Shown here in pieces: positions 48,667 through 59,300 of a stretch of DNA of 64,000 bases. Source of the stretch: Planctomycetota bacterium (lineage in GTDB: Bacteria > Planctomycetota > UBA8108 > SXIK01); NCBI GenBank assembly GCA_965223265.1, contig OZ244999.1:6400001-6464000 (forward strand), given 5' to 3'. Made by a program: the position numbers and the translations under genes. The notes below the pieces were generated by a model. That model searched no databases and was not told the DNA's origin. It saw nothing but the letters and a program-made list of their open reading frames with translations. Each line of letters begins with the position of its first letter. The stretch's first letter is position 1.

Positions 48667-50538
48667 TTACGACGTCGTCGCGGCCAGACGCCCACCGCGC
48701 AGGTTACGCAACCACGACTCGAGCACAAGGATTCGCCACAGCTTACTGCCGTCGAGCTTGCCGCGCCGCGGTGTGAGCGTCGCGTCGATGGCACGGCGCT
48801 CCAGCAGCCCCTCGCGCACGACGTGTGCATCTTCGAGGCGCTCCCGGACAAACTCCTGCAGCCCGCCGGCAAACCAGTAGCTCAGAGGTGGGCCAAAGCC
48901 CCGCTTGCGCCGGCTCAGTACGGATGGCGGCAGATCACTCCGAAGCGCGTGGCGCATCAAGCCCTTGGTCTCATCGCCGTAGAGTTTGAGCGGCGACGAG
49001 AGCTGAAACGCGAAACGCACGAACGCAAGATCGAGAAAGGGCACGCGGACCTCAAGAGACGTCTGCATGCTCGCGCGATCGACCTTGACGAGGTGATACT
49101 CCGACAGTATGGAATGTAAATCGATTGCGAGGAGTCGGCTGAGCGGCGGTAGACCGTGCAGCCGCGAAATCAAGTCGCCGACAGGGCCATGGCGGCCGTT
49201 TCGGTTCAACTCCGGTCGCAGCGCCGCCCCGTAAAGCGGTGCGAGTTCACGGCGGTGCATGCGGATCAAAAAACGGTGGTAGAGATCATCAACCGCCGGC
49301 CCATCGGCATAGCGCCACTTGCTCACATCTCGCGGCGCCGCCTGAAGCCGACGCCAGAGCCACCACAGCGGGCGGCACGGCGGTGGAATCGCCAGCAAAT
49401 GCAGCGCACGGAAATACCGTCCGTAACCAGCAAAGAGTTCATCTCCACCATCGCCGGAGAGCACCACCTTGACGCTCCGCTGAGCCAATTTCGAGACCGC
49501 GAAGGTCGGCAGGATCGCCGTGTCGCCGAACGGTTCGTCGACGTGATCGAGCACTGACTCGATCACACCTCGCGCGGCGCGAGTGTCGAACACCTCGACG
49601 TTGTGCTGCGTTCCCACTTCGCGCGCGACTTCGTCGGCAAACCGCCGCTCGTCGTACTTCGGCTCCTCAAACCCGATGGAAAAAGTATGCACGCGCGACC
49701 GAGCTTCCTCAGCCATGAACGCGACGATGGCGGAGGAGTCGAGCCCTCCACTGAGGAATGCGCCGACGTCGACGTCAGCGACCATTTGTCGAGTCACGCA
49801 CTCCTTCAGTCGCGCCCGAAGCTCCTCGCTGGCACTCTCGACATCCGTCAAGCTCTCGATGGCATCTCGCTCGAGGTTCCAATAGCGCTGGCGCTGTAGA
49901 CGGCCGCTGGACTCCAGCGTGAGCCACTCGCCAGCGCAGAGTTTCTCCACCCCCTTGAGGGCGCTCTTGGGGGCCGGAATGAACCGGTACTGCATGTAAA
50001 GATGAACACCCTCGAGATCGATCTCAGGGTCGAATCCTGCGAGCGCGGAAAAAGCGCGCGGCTCGGAAGCGAACGCAAAACGCGACCGGTCGCGGAAGAA
50101 GTAGAGGGGCTTGATGCCGAGCGGATCACGCGCGCAAAAGAGGCGTTCGCCATCCCAAATAACGAAGGCGAACTGGCCGCTCAATCGCTCAACGCATGCC
50201 GCCCCCATCTCTTCGTAGAGGTGAACAATCACCTCAGTGTCGCTCTGGGTTCGAAACTGATGGCCGCGTCCCTCCAACTCACGACGCAGCTGTCGATAGT
50301 TGAAAATCTCCCCGTTATAGGTGATCCAGACCGACCCGTCCTCGTTCGCGAGGGGCTGCCGACCACCGTCGAGGTCAATGATCGACAGCCGCCGGTGACC
50401 GAGGGCCACCCACGGCGCGGGCGTCTCGAGACCTTCCCCATCCGGACCGCGGTGGCGTAGGGTGTTCGTCATCCGACGCACGCTGTCAACATCCACGGAC
50501 GTCCGATCGAGCTGGATCAAGCCCGCGATGCCACACAT
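48667..50538 (-). CDS. asnB: asparagine synthase (glutamine-hydrolysing) family amidotransferase
   Basis: MCGIAG, HRGPD, YNGEIFN, SDTEV, FLSGGLDSS, SGDGGDELFAGY, EVRVPFLD. Confidence 0.92.
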   Translation of the reverse strand: MCGIAGLIQLDRTSVDVDSVRRMTNTLRHRGPDGEGLETPAPWVALGHRRLSIIDLDGGRQPLANEDGSVWITYNGEIFNYRQLRRELEGRGHQFRTQSDTEVIVHLYEEMGAACVERLSGQFAFVIWDGERLFCARDPLGIKPLYFFRDRSRFAFASEPRAFSALAGFDPEIDLEGVHLYMQYRFIPAPKSALKGVEKLCAGEWLTLESSGRLQRQRYWNLERDAIESLTDVESASEELRARLKECVTRQMVADVDVGAFLSGGLDSSAIVAFMAEEARSRVHTFSIGFEEPKYDERRFADEVAREVGTQHNVEVFDTRAARGVIESVLDHVDEPFGDTAILPTFAVSKLAQRSVKVVLSGDGGDELFAGYGRYFRALHLLAIPPPCRPLWWLWRRLQAAPRDVSKWRYADGPAVDDLYHRFLIRMHRRELAPLYGAALRPELNRNGRHGPVGDLISRLHGLPPLSRLLAIDLHSILSEYHLVKVDRASMQTSLEVRVPFLDLAFVRFAFQLSSPLKLYGDETKGLMRHALRSDLPPSVLSRRKRGFGPPLSYWFAGGLQEFVRERLEDAHVVREGLLERRAIDATLTPRRGKLDGSKLWRILVLESWLRNLRGGRLAATTS

Positions 50539-50564
50539 CTATTCACTCCTTCTCGCTCACTCAC

Positions 50565-50739
50565 CAGCCTGCCTGAAAAGTGCTTCGAGCCGAAAACTGG
50601 TCTCTTCGCTTCCAGATCGGCCGCGGCAAACGCAGGCAATCATGCACAAGGGTTCTCAGGGTACAAAAAAGTCGAAAGGGCCTTTGAATCCCCGCGAAAC
50701 TCGTCCGGCCAGGCCGGCGCGAAATGGCCGAACTCGCGG
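50565..50739. mobile_element. internally deleted A+B composite (left part of A fused to right part of B)
   Basis: cagcctgcctgaaaagtgcttcgagccg...caggcaat joined directly to catgcacaagggttctcaggg...gaaatggccgaactcgcgg. Confidence 0.8.
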
Positions 50740-50926
50740 TCAAGGCTCAAACACGACCAAAGGCTACCGTTCGAGGGCGTGGCAATTATAATCAGGCGTC
50801 CGGCGGTGGACCATGGTGTACGGCAGCTTGGTGTAGGCGCCACTACGAAATGGAGTCGCCGACTGCTGCCAGAAGCAGCGATTGTTCACGAATCGCCAAT
50901 CTCTCTGACCCCATGAGGAGCGCAGC

Positions 50927-51766
50927 GTGAGAATCAGCGTGCTCATGAACACGTTCAACCGCGGCTATCTTCTGCGCCTGGCACTCAGGTCGTACCTGCG
51001 CCAAAGCGAAGGAGATTTCGAAATCGTCGTCGCGGACGACGGGTCCACGGACGACACCCCGGAAATCGTCGACACGTTCCGCCGCGAGGCGCCGTTCGAC
51101 GTTACTTACGCACGCCAAGAGAACCAAGGGCACCGACGAGCAGCGGCGCTCAACCGCGGCATAGCAAAGTGTCGCTTCGAGTACGTTCTCTTCACGGACT
51201 GCGACTCTCTCGCACTCCACGATCTAATCGAGGTGCACCGCCGCTATGCCGATCCCTCGCGGCTGCTCTGCGGCGGCTATTTGCGTCTCACGGAAGAACA
51301 GACCGCAGCCCTGACGGAAGAAGACGTCGTCAGCGGCCGCTTCGAGGCTCTGATCGACCGGCGCGGCCGTCGCGAGCTGTGGCGCAAACACATGAAAGCG
51401 CGCTGGGAAATCCTCCGCCGAAAACCACGCCGGCCACACAACATGGGGCTCAACTATTCCGTCTCACGTGAAGCCCTCGAGCGGATCAACGGCTATGACG
51501 AAGAGTTCGAAGGCTGGGGATCAGCCGACGGTGACGTGCGTGAGCGGCTTCGATCGACCGGAGTCGTGCCCCACTCCCTCTACGACCGCGCCGTCGTTCT
51601 CCACATGTGGCACCCGATCGAGACCACAAAGCTGAACAAAGACAACCTCAGGCGGAACCGTGCCTATGCCTCCCGTGACGACGTTCCCACGGTATGTCGG
51701 CGCGGCCTGAAGCAGCTCGAGGAAGCCTCCGTCGAGCCATCCTCGCACGGCGCAGACGGCAATTGA
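50927..51766 (+). CDS. glycosyltransferase family 2
   Basis: EIVVADDGSTD, NRG, TDCD, INGYDEEFEGWG, HMWH. Confidence 0.92.
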   Translation: MRISVLMNTFNRGYLLRLALRSYLRQSEGDFEIVVADDGSTDDTPEIVDTFRREAPFDVTYARQENQGHRRAAALNRGIAKCRFEYVLFTDCDSLALHDLIEVHRRYADPSRLLCGGYLRLTEEQTAALTEEDVVSGRFEALIDRRGRRELWRKHMKARWEILRRKPRRPHNMGLNYSVSREALERINGYDEEFEGWGSADGDVRERLRSTGVVPHSLYDRAVVLHMWHPIETTKLNKDNLRRNRAYASRDDVPTVCRRGLKQLEEASVEPSSHGADGN

Positions 51767-53094
51767 GCACTCAACTGCGTGAGATTCCGGAGGTTTCTGC
51801 GCTCGACGCACCGAGCGGTGTGGTGCGGATACCGCCCGGTGTCGACGTGCCACTCACACCGCGCGTGCGACGGCTCGTCGACTCGCGGCCGTTTCGCCGA
51901 CTCTCCCGCGTTCGCCAACTCGGACTGGTATCGCTCGTCTATCCTGGCGCGACCCACTCGCGATTCGAGCACTCGCTCGGCGTCTACCGCAACGCTCTTC
52001 ACTACCTTCGCCAGCTGTCATTCGATGAGCGCTTTCGGAGCCACTTGAGTCGAGAGGCCGCCGAGAAGTTCATCGTCGCAGCCTTGCTCCACGATCTTGG
52101 ACACTGGCCTTTCTGCCACCCCATCGAAGACATGCGCCTGGAAGACGTGCCGCGGCATGAGGTGTTCGTCGAGCGTTTCATCACCTCGGAAGATCTCGCG
52201 CAGCTCTTGCGTGACGACTGGCAGCTCGAGCCCCAGTCGGTCTGCGAGCTTCTCAGCGGCAAGGCCGTTGACGACGAGGAGCGCATCCTCTGCAGCATGC
52301 TCTCCGGCCCCATCGACATCGACAAACTGGACTATCTCCCACGCGACAGCCTGCACGCCGGCGTACCCTACGGCAGGCATTTTGATGAGGAGCGACTCGT
52401 GCGCAGTCTCTGCCTGAACGACGATGGCACAGGTCTCGCTCTGACGGAAAAGGGACGCACTGCCGCCGAACTGCTCGTGTTCGCCCGCTACGTCATGTTC
52501 AGCGAAGTGTACTGGCATCACGGTGTGCGCGCGGCCACTTCGATGTTACAGCGCGCCTTTTTCGCGCTGCGGCATCACTTTGAGCTGCCCGAACTCTTCA
52601 GCGGTGGCGACGACGACGTCGTGGAACAGATGCTGGCCGCCGCGCAGAGCGAACCGACGGCCCCCCTCGTCAACGGTCTGTTTGGTTCGCGACGTGTCCT
52701 CTACAAACGCCTGGCGGAATACAGCTTCTTTCAGGCAGAAGAGATCTACAGCCAACTCGCACGGCGCCCATACGGCTCGCTCGTGCAGTGCGGCGCTGCA
52801 TTCGCCGAGCTGGCCAGCCGCGCCGTCGGTGGCGAGGTCGCGCCGCACGAGGTCCTCTTCGACGCTCCTCCAGTCGAGAAGGAAGTCGAGTTCAACGTGC
52901 AGGTCCGTTTTCGGGAAGAAAAGGCTTATCGCAACCTCGAAGAGGTCTCCCCTGTGGTTCGCGCGCTGGCCAAGGAACAATTCGACGACATCGTCAAACG
53001 GGTGAGAGTTTTTGTCCATCCTCGCTGGGTCAAGCCGCTACGCGAGCTCGGCGATCTGCGCGAAATCGTGCTCGAGGCCGCCGCACGTACTTGA
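51763..53094 (+). CDS. HD-domain phosphohydrolase (dNTPase/SAMHD1-like)
   Basis: RRLSRVRQLG, HSRFEHSLG, LLHDLGH, DIDKLDY..RD, VYWH; TTG start overlaps the GT2 stop. Confidence 0.88.
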   Translation: MSTQLREIPEVSALDAPSGVVRIPPGVDVPLTPRVRRLVDSRPFRRLSRVRQLGLVSLVYPGATHSRFEHSLGVYRNALHYLRQLSFDERFRSHLSREAAEKFIVAALLHDLGHWPFCHPIEDMRLEDVPRHEVFVERFITSEDLAQLLRDDWQLEPQSVCELLSGKAVDDEERILCSMLSGPIDIDKLDYLPRDSLHAGVPYGRHFDEERLVRSLCLNDDGTGLALTEKGRTAAELLVFARYVMFSEVYWHHGVRAATSMLQRAFFALRHHFELPELFSGGDDDVVEQMLAAAQSEPTAPLVNGLFGSRRVLYKRLAEYSFFQAEEIYSQLARRPYGSLVQCGAAFAELASRAVGGEVAPHEVLFDAPPVEKEVEFNVQVRFREEKAYRNLEEVSPVVRALAKEQFDDIVKRVRVFVHPRWVKPLRELGDLREIVLEAAART

Positions 53095-53104
53095 GGGCTG
53101 CCGG

Positions 53105-54946
53105 CTAACGGTCGACCGGCTCGCTCAGCACAAGGTGGACGCCCACCAGTGATCGACTCGGATCCATACGCCATGCCTTCTCAGGCGCGATCGCGTATTG
53201 ATTCAGCCGGGAGTTGTCGAAGACAATCGTTGCCTCGATCACCGTGCCGGCGACGAGAAGCTCGCTGTCCGCAGAGAACGAGTAAGAGAGTGGCCACGCA
53301 GGGCTGTAGCTGGGGACGGAGAGCAGCTCTGCTGGCTGAGGCGAGCCATCGTCGCCGGGAGGTGGCACGACGCGCATCGCCAGAGAGGTGGCGTAGCGGC
53401 CGAGCCAAGGGGTCGCCACACGCACGGCCGCAGCACGATCGAGCCGGTGCGTGATCCGGACAGTGCGCGCGAACGCACCGGGGTCGAGCTTGAGTTCTCC
53501 AACGGTGAGCGCGGCCGTTCGTTGAGGCTTCAGCGCGGCCTCGCTGCGCCGCGCGGTGAGCTCGAACGCCGTCACCTCCGGCGCCGCTGCGGAATGCGAC
53601 GCGGCAGTCGCATCCAAATCAACGATTTCGATGATGCGAGCGCGCAGGTGCGCACCGACGGGAAGTTGCATGCCGCGCCCTGGCTCCCACGGCGTCGACC
53701 AGCATCCCGGCCCAAATGCTGCCACGACTTGACCTGCATCGTCGCCGCCGGTGACGACCGAGAGGAGGACGCCGCGAACGGCCGCAGGCGCCTTGAGCGT
53801 GAACCCTGCGACCCAGACGTCTGCCGGCACCGGTGGCACGAGGGAAAGACTTCGCGATGCCAGGCCCCCGCCTCCGCCTCCGGAGCGCGGCAGCAGAGGC
53901 CGCACTGCAGCAGCGCGCGCCGCAGTGAACACGATCGAGCTGTTCGCCTTCCCACTCGCCGAACCGCCTGCCGAAACCGACGCGCCCGGCGGCACGGACT
54001 CGGCCGGGGGAGCGCCTTCAGGTGTTCCGGCGCCGACCCAGGCCACCAGCGTCGCGAGTTCCTTACGGGTCAACTGCTTCTGTAGCTCGACCGCCGGCCC
54101 GCTGCCGAACACCGGAGGCATACGTCTCTGGGAGACGACCCGGCGGAGCGCGCCCGCACGGCGCGACGCCGCAGCAAAATTGGTGAGGTCAAACGCCTGC
54201 CCCGCGGGGCTGTGACAACGCGTGCAGCGCGCTGCCAAAATCGGCGCAACGTGCTGATGGTACTCACGTCCACGGCCCCGTCGCCGCTGCGGTGCTCGGA
54301 TGAGACAGCCAGGCGCCGCCGTGACGCCAACGCTCAGCTCTCGCCCGGCAAGAAGCGCACTCACGGCGCGTTCGAGGAGGCGCGAGGGTGTCGTCGAGCT
54401 GGCGGTGCGGACGGCGCCGCGATATCGAAGCTTGCCCTGAGCGTCAAAGACGAACGCATGCGGCGAGCGGCGAGCGCCCAGCAGATCGCGACACACCTGA
54501 TCGAAATCCATGAGTACAGGAAACGTCCAGCCACGCTCCCTGGCACTGACAGCCGCATCGAAGGCGCTCTCGAGGCGGTTCGAGTTGACCCCGACCAGCA
54601 CCATGCCTTCGCGCCGGAGCCGCTGCCACAAGTCTTCAAGATACGCCGATTCCTCGGCCACGGCCGCGCAGCTCGCATCGACGAAGACCACAGCAAGCGC
54701 TGGCACACCGACCAGATCGTTCAACGCCATCGGCGCGCCTCGCGTATCTACGAGCGTCACGTCGGGAAGCTGCTCGCCCAGCGGCAAAAGCTCCCCCCCG
54801 TCCACCCATAGCGGCGCCCAGATCCCGAGCGTCAAAGAGAGGCCAAACAGCGCCGTCGAGATAACCTCGCTCGCCCGCCGAGGCGGCAAAACAGGGCTCT
54901 CAAACACCTGATCTTTCTTCATCCCGTAGTCTTTCGCCAACACCAC
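53105..54946 (-). CDS. redoxin-domain protein with cytochrome c-like CxxCH and monooxygenase-like C-terminus (planctomycete type)
   Basis: VGVNSN, FPVLMD, LRYRGAV, GCLI; CTRCH..MPP..WVGAG; FDNS..N; start uncertain. Confidence 0.75.
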   Translation of the reverse strand: MVLAKDYGMKKDQVFESPVLPPRRASEVISTALFGLSLTLGIWAPLWVDGGELLPLGEQLPDVTLVDTRGAPMALNDLVGVPALAVVFVDASCAAVAEESAYLEDLWQRLRREGMVLVGVNSNRLESAFDAAVSARERGWTFPVLMDFDQVCRDLLGARRSPHAFVFDAQGKLRYRGAVRTASSTTPSRLLERAVSALLAGRELSVGVTAAPGCLIRAPQRRRGRGREYHQHVAPILAARCTRCHSPAGQAFDLTNFAAASRRAGALRRVVSQRRMPPVFGSGPAVELQKQLTRKELATLVAWVGAGTPEGAPPAESVPPGASVSAGGSASGKANSSIVFTAARAAAVRPLLPRSGGGGGGLASRSLSLVPPVPADVWVAGFTLKAPAAVRGVLLSVVTGGDDAGQVVAAFGPGCWSTPWEPGRGMQLPVGAHLRARIIEIVDLDATAASHSAAAPEVTAFELTARRSEAALKPQRTAALTVGELKLDPGAFARTVRITHRLDRAAAVRVATPWLGRYATSLAMRVVPPPGDDGSPQPAELLSVPSYSPAWPLSYSFSADSELLVAGTVIEATIVFDNSRLNQYAIAPEKAWRMDPSRSLVGVHLVLSEPVDR

Positions 54947-55183
54947 CAGCGCATCTCAGAAACCCTCCGAGAATCAAGAGGTGGGCGTCGCAAGAGTTGA
55001 CGCCTGCCCGATTTTTGACTTGACGATTCTGCTCTAGACTCGTAGAGTCCTGCGCCTGAAAAATGGGCTGAAGTCTCTTCGAATCGGTCCGTGGTGGTCT
55101 CGTCACGTGTCGTTAGGCTTCATTCCAGCAATCGCGGCAGGCCGTTCTGGTAGTGTCATTCCGAAACGTCATTCTGAAGCGTC

Positions 55184-55990
55184 ATGTCTCCGACGAAAAA
55201 AAGTTCGGCGAAAAAGAAGGCCAGCAAGGTGACAAAGACAGGGTCGAAGAAGAAAACCGCGACGACCAAGAAAAAAACAGCAAAAAAGACATCTAAAACA
55301 GCAAAAAAAGCCAAGAGCAAGAGCTCTAAGGCCGCCAAGCCGAAAGCCGGCGCCAAAAAAACCGCTGCGAAGAAGTCAAAGGCCGCCAAGAAGACGGCAA
55401 AGACCAGCTCGAAAAAGGCAACAGCGAAAAAAGCCGCCAAGAAGCCTTCGAGCAAGAAAGCCGCGACGAAAAAGGCACCGGTCAGTCGCCCGGCACGTGC
55501 CGCGCGGACGACGAAGGCCTCGGCGGCGGCGAGCGGTGTGAAAACTCCAGAAGCCCCGATCAAAGTTCCGCCGCTGAGCAAACGGATCGCGCGTAAAGAC
55601 CTCAATGAAATCCGTAAGCGGCTGGTGAATCAGCTCAAGACGCTTCTTGGATCGATCGACAGCCTCGGTGCGGAGTACCTTGGCACGAACGAAAACGTGA
55701 CGACACGCGGCGGGGACGAGGCCGACCAGGCATCGACCGCGCTGACCGCGGACCTGTCGCTGCGCTTGGCCGAAAGCGAGTCGAAAATGGTCCGTGAGGT
55801 CCAGCTAGCGCTGAACAAGATCGAAGACGGCAGCTACGGCGTCTGCGAGGTCACCGGCCAGCCGATCAACATTCAACGGCTCCTTGCGGTACCGTGGGCG
55901 CGTCTTTCTCTCGAGGCACAGGAGCGACTCGAACGCCAGCAGATCGTCTTCGACGAGGCGACGGGCTGGGTCGCGGCTGACGAGCTTTAA
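55184..55990 (+). CDS. dksA: DksA/TraR family factor with histone H1-like Lys/Ala-rich N-terminus
   Basis: DEADQA coiled-coil tip, ALNKIEDGSYGVCEVTG..RLLAVPWARLS; about 120 aa K/A/S/T-rich tail. Confidence 0.85.
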   Translation: MSPTKKSSAKKKASKVTKTGSKKKTATTKKKTAKKTSKTAKKAKSKSSKAAKPKAGAKKTAAKKSKAAKKTAKTSSKKATAKKAAKKPSSKKAATKKAPVSRPARAARTTKASAAASGVKTPEAPIKVPPLSKRIARKDLNEIRKRLVNQLKTLLGSIDSLGAEYLGTNENVTTRGGDEADQASTALTADLSLRLAESESKMVREVQLALNKIEDGSYGVCEVTGQPINIQRLLAVPWARLSLEAQERLERQQIVFDEATGWVAADEL

Positions 55991-56081
55991 CAGCCTGCCT
56001 GAAAAAGTGCTTCGAGCCGAAAACTGGTCTCTTCGTGTCCAGATCAGCCGCGGCGAACGCGGGCAATCTTCGGCCGGGCTG
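55991..56081. mobile_element. internally deleted copy of element A
   Basis: cagcctgcctgaaaaagtgcttcgagccgaaaactgg...cgggctg, starting immediately after the dksA TAA. Confidence 0.75.
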
Positions 56082-56264
56082 TTCAGTTAACGCCGGTTGA
56101 CCCTCGAGTCGGGCCGTCCGGTGCACCAAGATCGCAGACACCGTCTGTCCGTTCTTCCTTCGTCGTCGGCGAAGGCGCACGGAGAGGCTGTGGAGCTTTT
56201 CGAAGCGTGCTGTCGAAACTCACAGACGCCCTCGCGACGGCACACAGCCCGTGCGCCGCTCCGG

Positions 56265-56385
56265 ACGTGACGTTGGGCCGTGGGCGTGGGACGTGACCCG
56301 GTGGTGGTACGATCCGTGACCGTGGGACGTGGGAGGTGACCGTGGGGGTGGGACGTTGGGGGTGGGACCGTGACCGTAGGCCGTA
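56265..56385. repeat. GT-rich degenerate short-unit repeat (gtgggac/gtgacc)
   Basis: Repeated cgtggg, gtgacc and gggggtggg units directly after the valS stop. Confidence 0.6.
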
Positions 56386-56386
56386 A

Positions 56387-59300
56387 CTACCCGAGCTCCG
56401 CCAACTGTGCTTTCAGGGCTTCTGCTTCGCGCTCGGCGTCCACAAGCTGCTGGCGGGTCTCCTCGACGAGGTGCGAAGGCGCCTTGCTGACGTAGTTTTC
56501 GTTGGCCAGACGGCCCGTGAGGCTCTTGACGCGACCACCGACGTCCTGCAGGCGTCGCGCGAGGCGCTCGCGCTCGGCGTCGACGTCGACGAGATCATGA
56601 AGATAGAGCTCAATCTCGCCAACGGCCGTGGAGCCGGCACGATCCGGTTGCGTGACTTCCGGACCGATGGATCCGAACTCGACGGTGGCAAGTGTGGCGA
56701 TGAGCGGCGCGTGCTCGCTCAACCGGGCCGCGAGTGGTGCGCTGGCGCGCGCGGTCAGAACGATACGCTCACGCGGCGCGACCTTGTGAGTCGTTCTGAC
56801 TTCGCGCACTGCGGTCACAACGCTCTGCACCAGCGCAAATGCCTCTTCAGCCGCGGCATCGACAAGCGTCGCGTCGACCGACGGCCATGGCGCGCGAATC
56901 AACAGATCACCCGCCGGGAGCGCCAAGCCTTCGACACCACGCTCGGCCACGCGCGCGCTCAAGCTCTCCCATAGCTTCTCGGTGACAAACGGCATCGAGG
57001 GGTGCAGCAGCCGCAGGATCGCGTCGATCGCACTCGCTAGCACCCGCTGCTGTACGAGGTCGTCCTGAACCGTCGGCTTGATCGCCTCAATGTACCAATC
57101 GCAAAAATCTCGCCACGTAAACGAATAGAGCTGCTGCGCGTAGGCGCCGAATTCGTACGATTCTAGCGCGCGAGTCGACTCTCCAATCACGCCAGCCAAT
57201 CGCGACAACAGCCATCGACTGGCGAGATCCGGCTGTCCGTTCGCCGCACCGCACGAGTCCGTCAGGTGGCCAAGGCTGAAGCGCACAGCATTCCACAGCT
57301 TGTTGGCGAAGTTGCGACCAAACTCAAACTTCGAGCTGGTGTTGCGTGCCTGGGGCGTGTCCGTCGCCGATCGCGCCTCGCCCGATACAATCCCGTATGA
57401 TGTCACCATCTGCTTGCTCGGATCGGAGGGGCACTCCTGCAGCGGAGCGGCAACTCGATGTCCCGCGCTCGTCGTCACCATACGCGGCGTGAACGTTTCG
57501 CCGGTATGCGGGCAGACAATGTCGACCGGCATGCGGACGTCTTGTGTATTCGTGGTCATCGAGGCCAAGGTGAACCGCATGGCGTCAGAGCCGTGGTGGT
57601 GGATGATATCCAGCGGATCGACGCCGTTGCCGAGACTCTTCGACATCTTCTGCCCCTCGCCATCCTGAATCATGGCGTGGATGAACACGTCGCGAAACGG
57701 CAACCGATCGCGGAAGAAAAGATTGAACATCACCATCCGTGACACCCAGAGGGTGATGATCTCCCGTGCGGTACACAACGTGTCGCTGGGATTCCAAGTG
57801 TCGAGGGGGCGCGGGTCGGACTGGAACGAATCCGGAAAATCCTCCGGCTTCGGCCACCCCAGTGTGCTGATCGGCCAAAGCGCCGAGCTGAACCAAGTAT
57901 CCAGCACGTCGTCGTCCTGCACGAATCCGGCGGCGGCGAGCGCTTCTTCGAGCTCCTGGTCGGGACGACGTACGCAGATGTAGTGGCGCTCGCCGATCAC
58001 CTGCAGCGCCAGTCGGTCGCCGTAAGGCGTGATATCGAACTGCGCTCCGGCATCCGCGCTCCATACCGGGATGCGATGCCCCCACCAGAGCTGCCGGCTG
58101 ATGCACCAATCGCGAATATTCTCGTGCCAAGCCTGGAAAATCTTGGCGTAGCGCGGCGGATAGAATTTCAATGCGCCGTGCCACTCTGTCTCTGCTTTAC
58201 CCCGCGCTGTCGCCCCCTCCGGGGGGTCGTCGTCGCGGCGCCAGACGCAGCCCTCACTCGCCGTTCTCTGCTCGGGATTCATGGCGCGCAGAGCCGCGCC
58301 AGCGAGGCGCTCGTCAGTTACCTTCACGTACCACTGATCGGAGAGGTAAGGCTCGATCGGCACATGAGAACGATAGCTGTGTCCCACCGCATGACGATAC
58401 GGCTTGACCGAATCGAGCAGTCCATTCGTCTTAAACCACTCGACGATGCCCGCTCGCGCCTCCTCACGGCTCAAACCGAGGAACTGCTCTGCTTCCCGCG
58501 CCGCGCCGGATGCGAACTCGGCCTCTGGCCAGCCGTAGTCACGACTGACGGATGCATCCGGCGCCATAACGTTAATGACGTCGAGACCGAACCGCAGACC
58601 GATCTCCCAGTCGTTCGGATCGTGCGCCGGTGTCACCTTGAGAAACCCTGACGAGAACCGCGCCTTCTCGTCGCCGTCAGGATCCGGCAGGATCACGTAG
58701 TCGTCCTCGACGATGGGAATGATGCGATCGACGATCGGCAATCGGACCTGCGCGCCGCGGAGTGCAGGAGCACGCGGGTCATTCGGGTTCATGGCGACCG
58801 CCGTGTCCCCAAGCATGGTCTCAGGACGCGTCGTCGCGACGACGATAGAGTCGATCGTTTCGCCGTCACACTGCACTGGCTCGGTGAGGGGGTAGCGCAG
58901 ATACCAAAACGAGCCGTCGACCTCCTGCATCTCAACTTCGTCGTCAGCGAGTGCCGTTTGCGTCACCGGGTCCCAGTTAACGAGCCGCTTGCCGCGATAG
59001 ATCAATCCTTCACTGAAGAGGCGAAAAAACGCCTCGCGCACTGCGGCAGCGCAGACGGGATCCATCGTGAAGCGCTGACGCTCCCAATCGCAGGAACATC
59101 CCATCGCTCTGAGCTGCTCAGTGATCCGCGCTTCGTACTCGTCCTTCCACGCTTGGATCTTGGCGACGAACACGTCGCGATCAAAATCCGTGCGCCGTTT
59201 ACCCTCTTCCTGAAGCACCCGCTTCTCAACGACGGTCTGTGTCGCGATGCCGGCGTGATCGGTTCCCGGCATCCACATCGCGTTACGCCCCTGCATGCGC

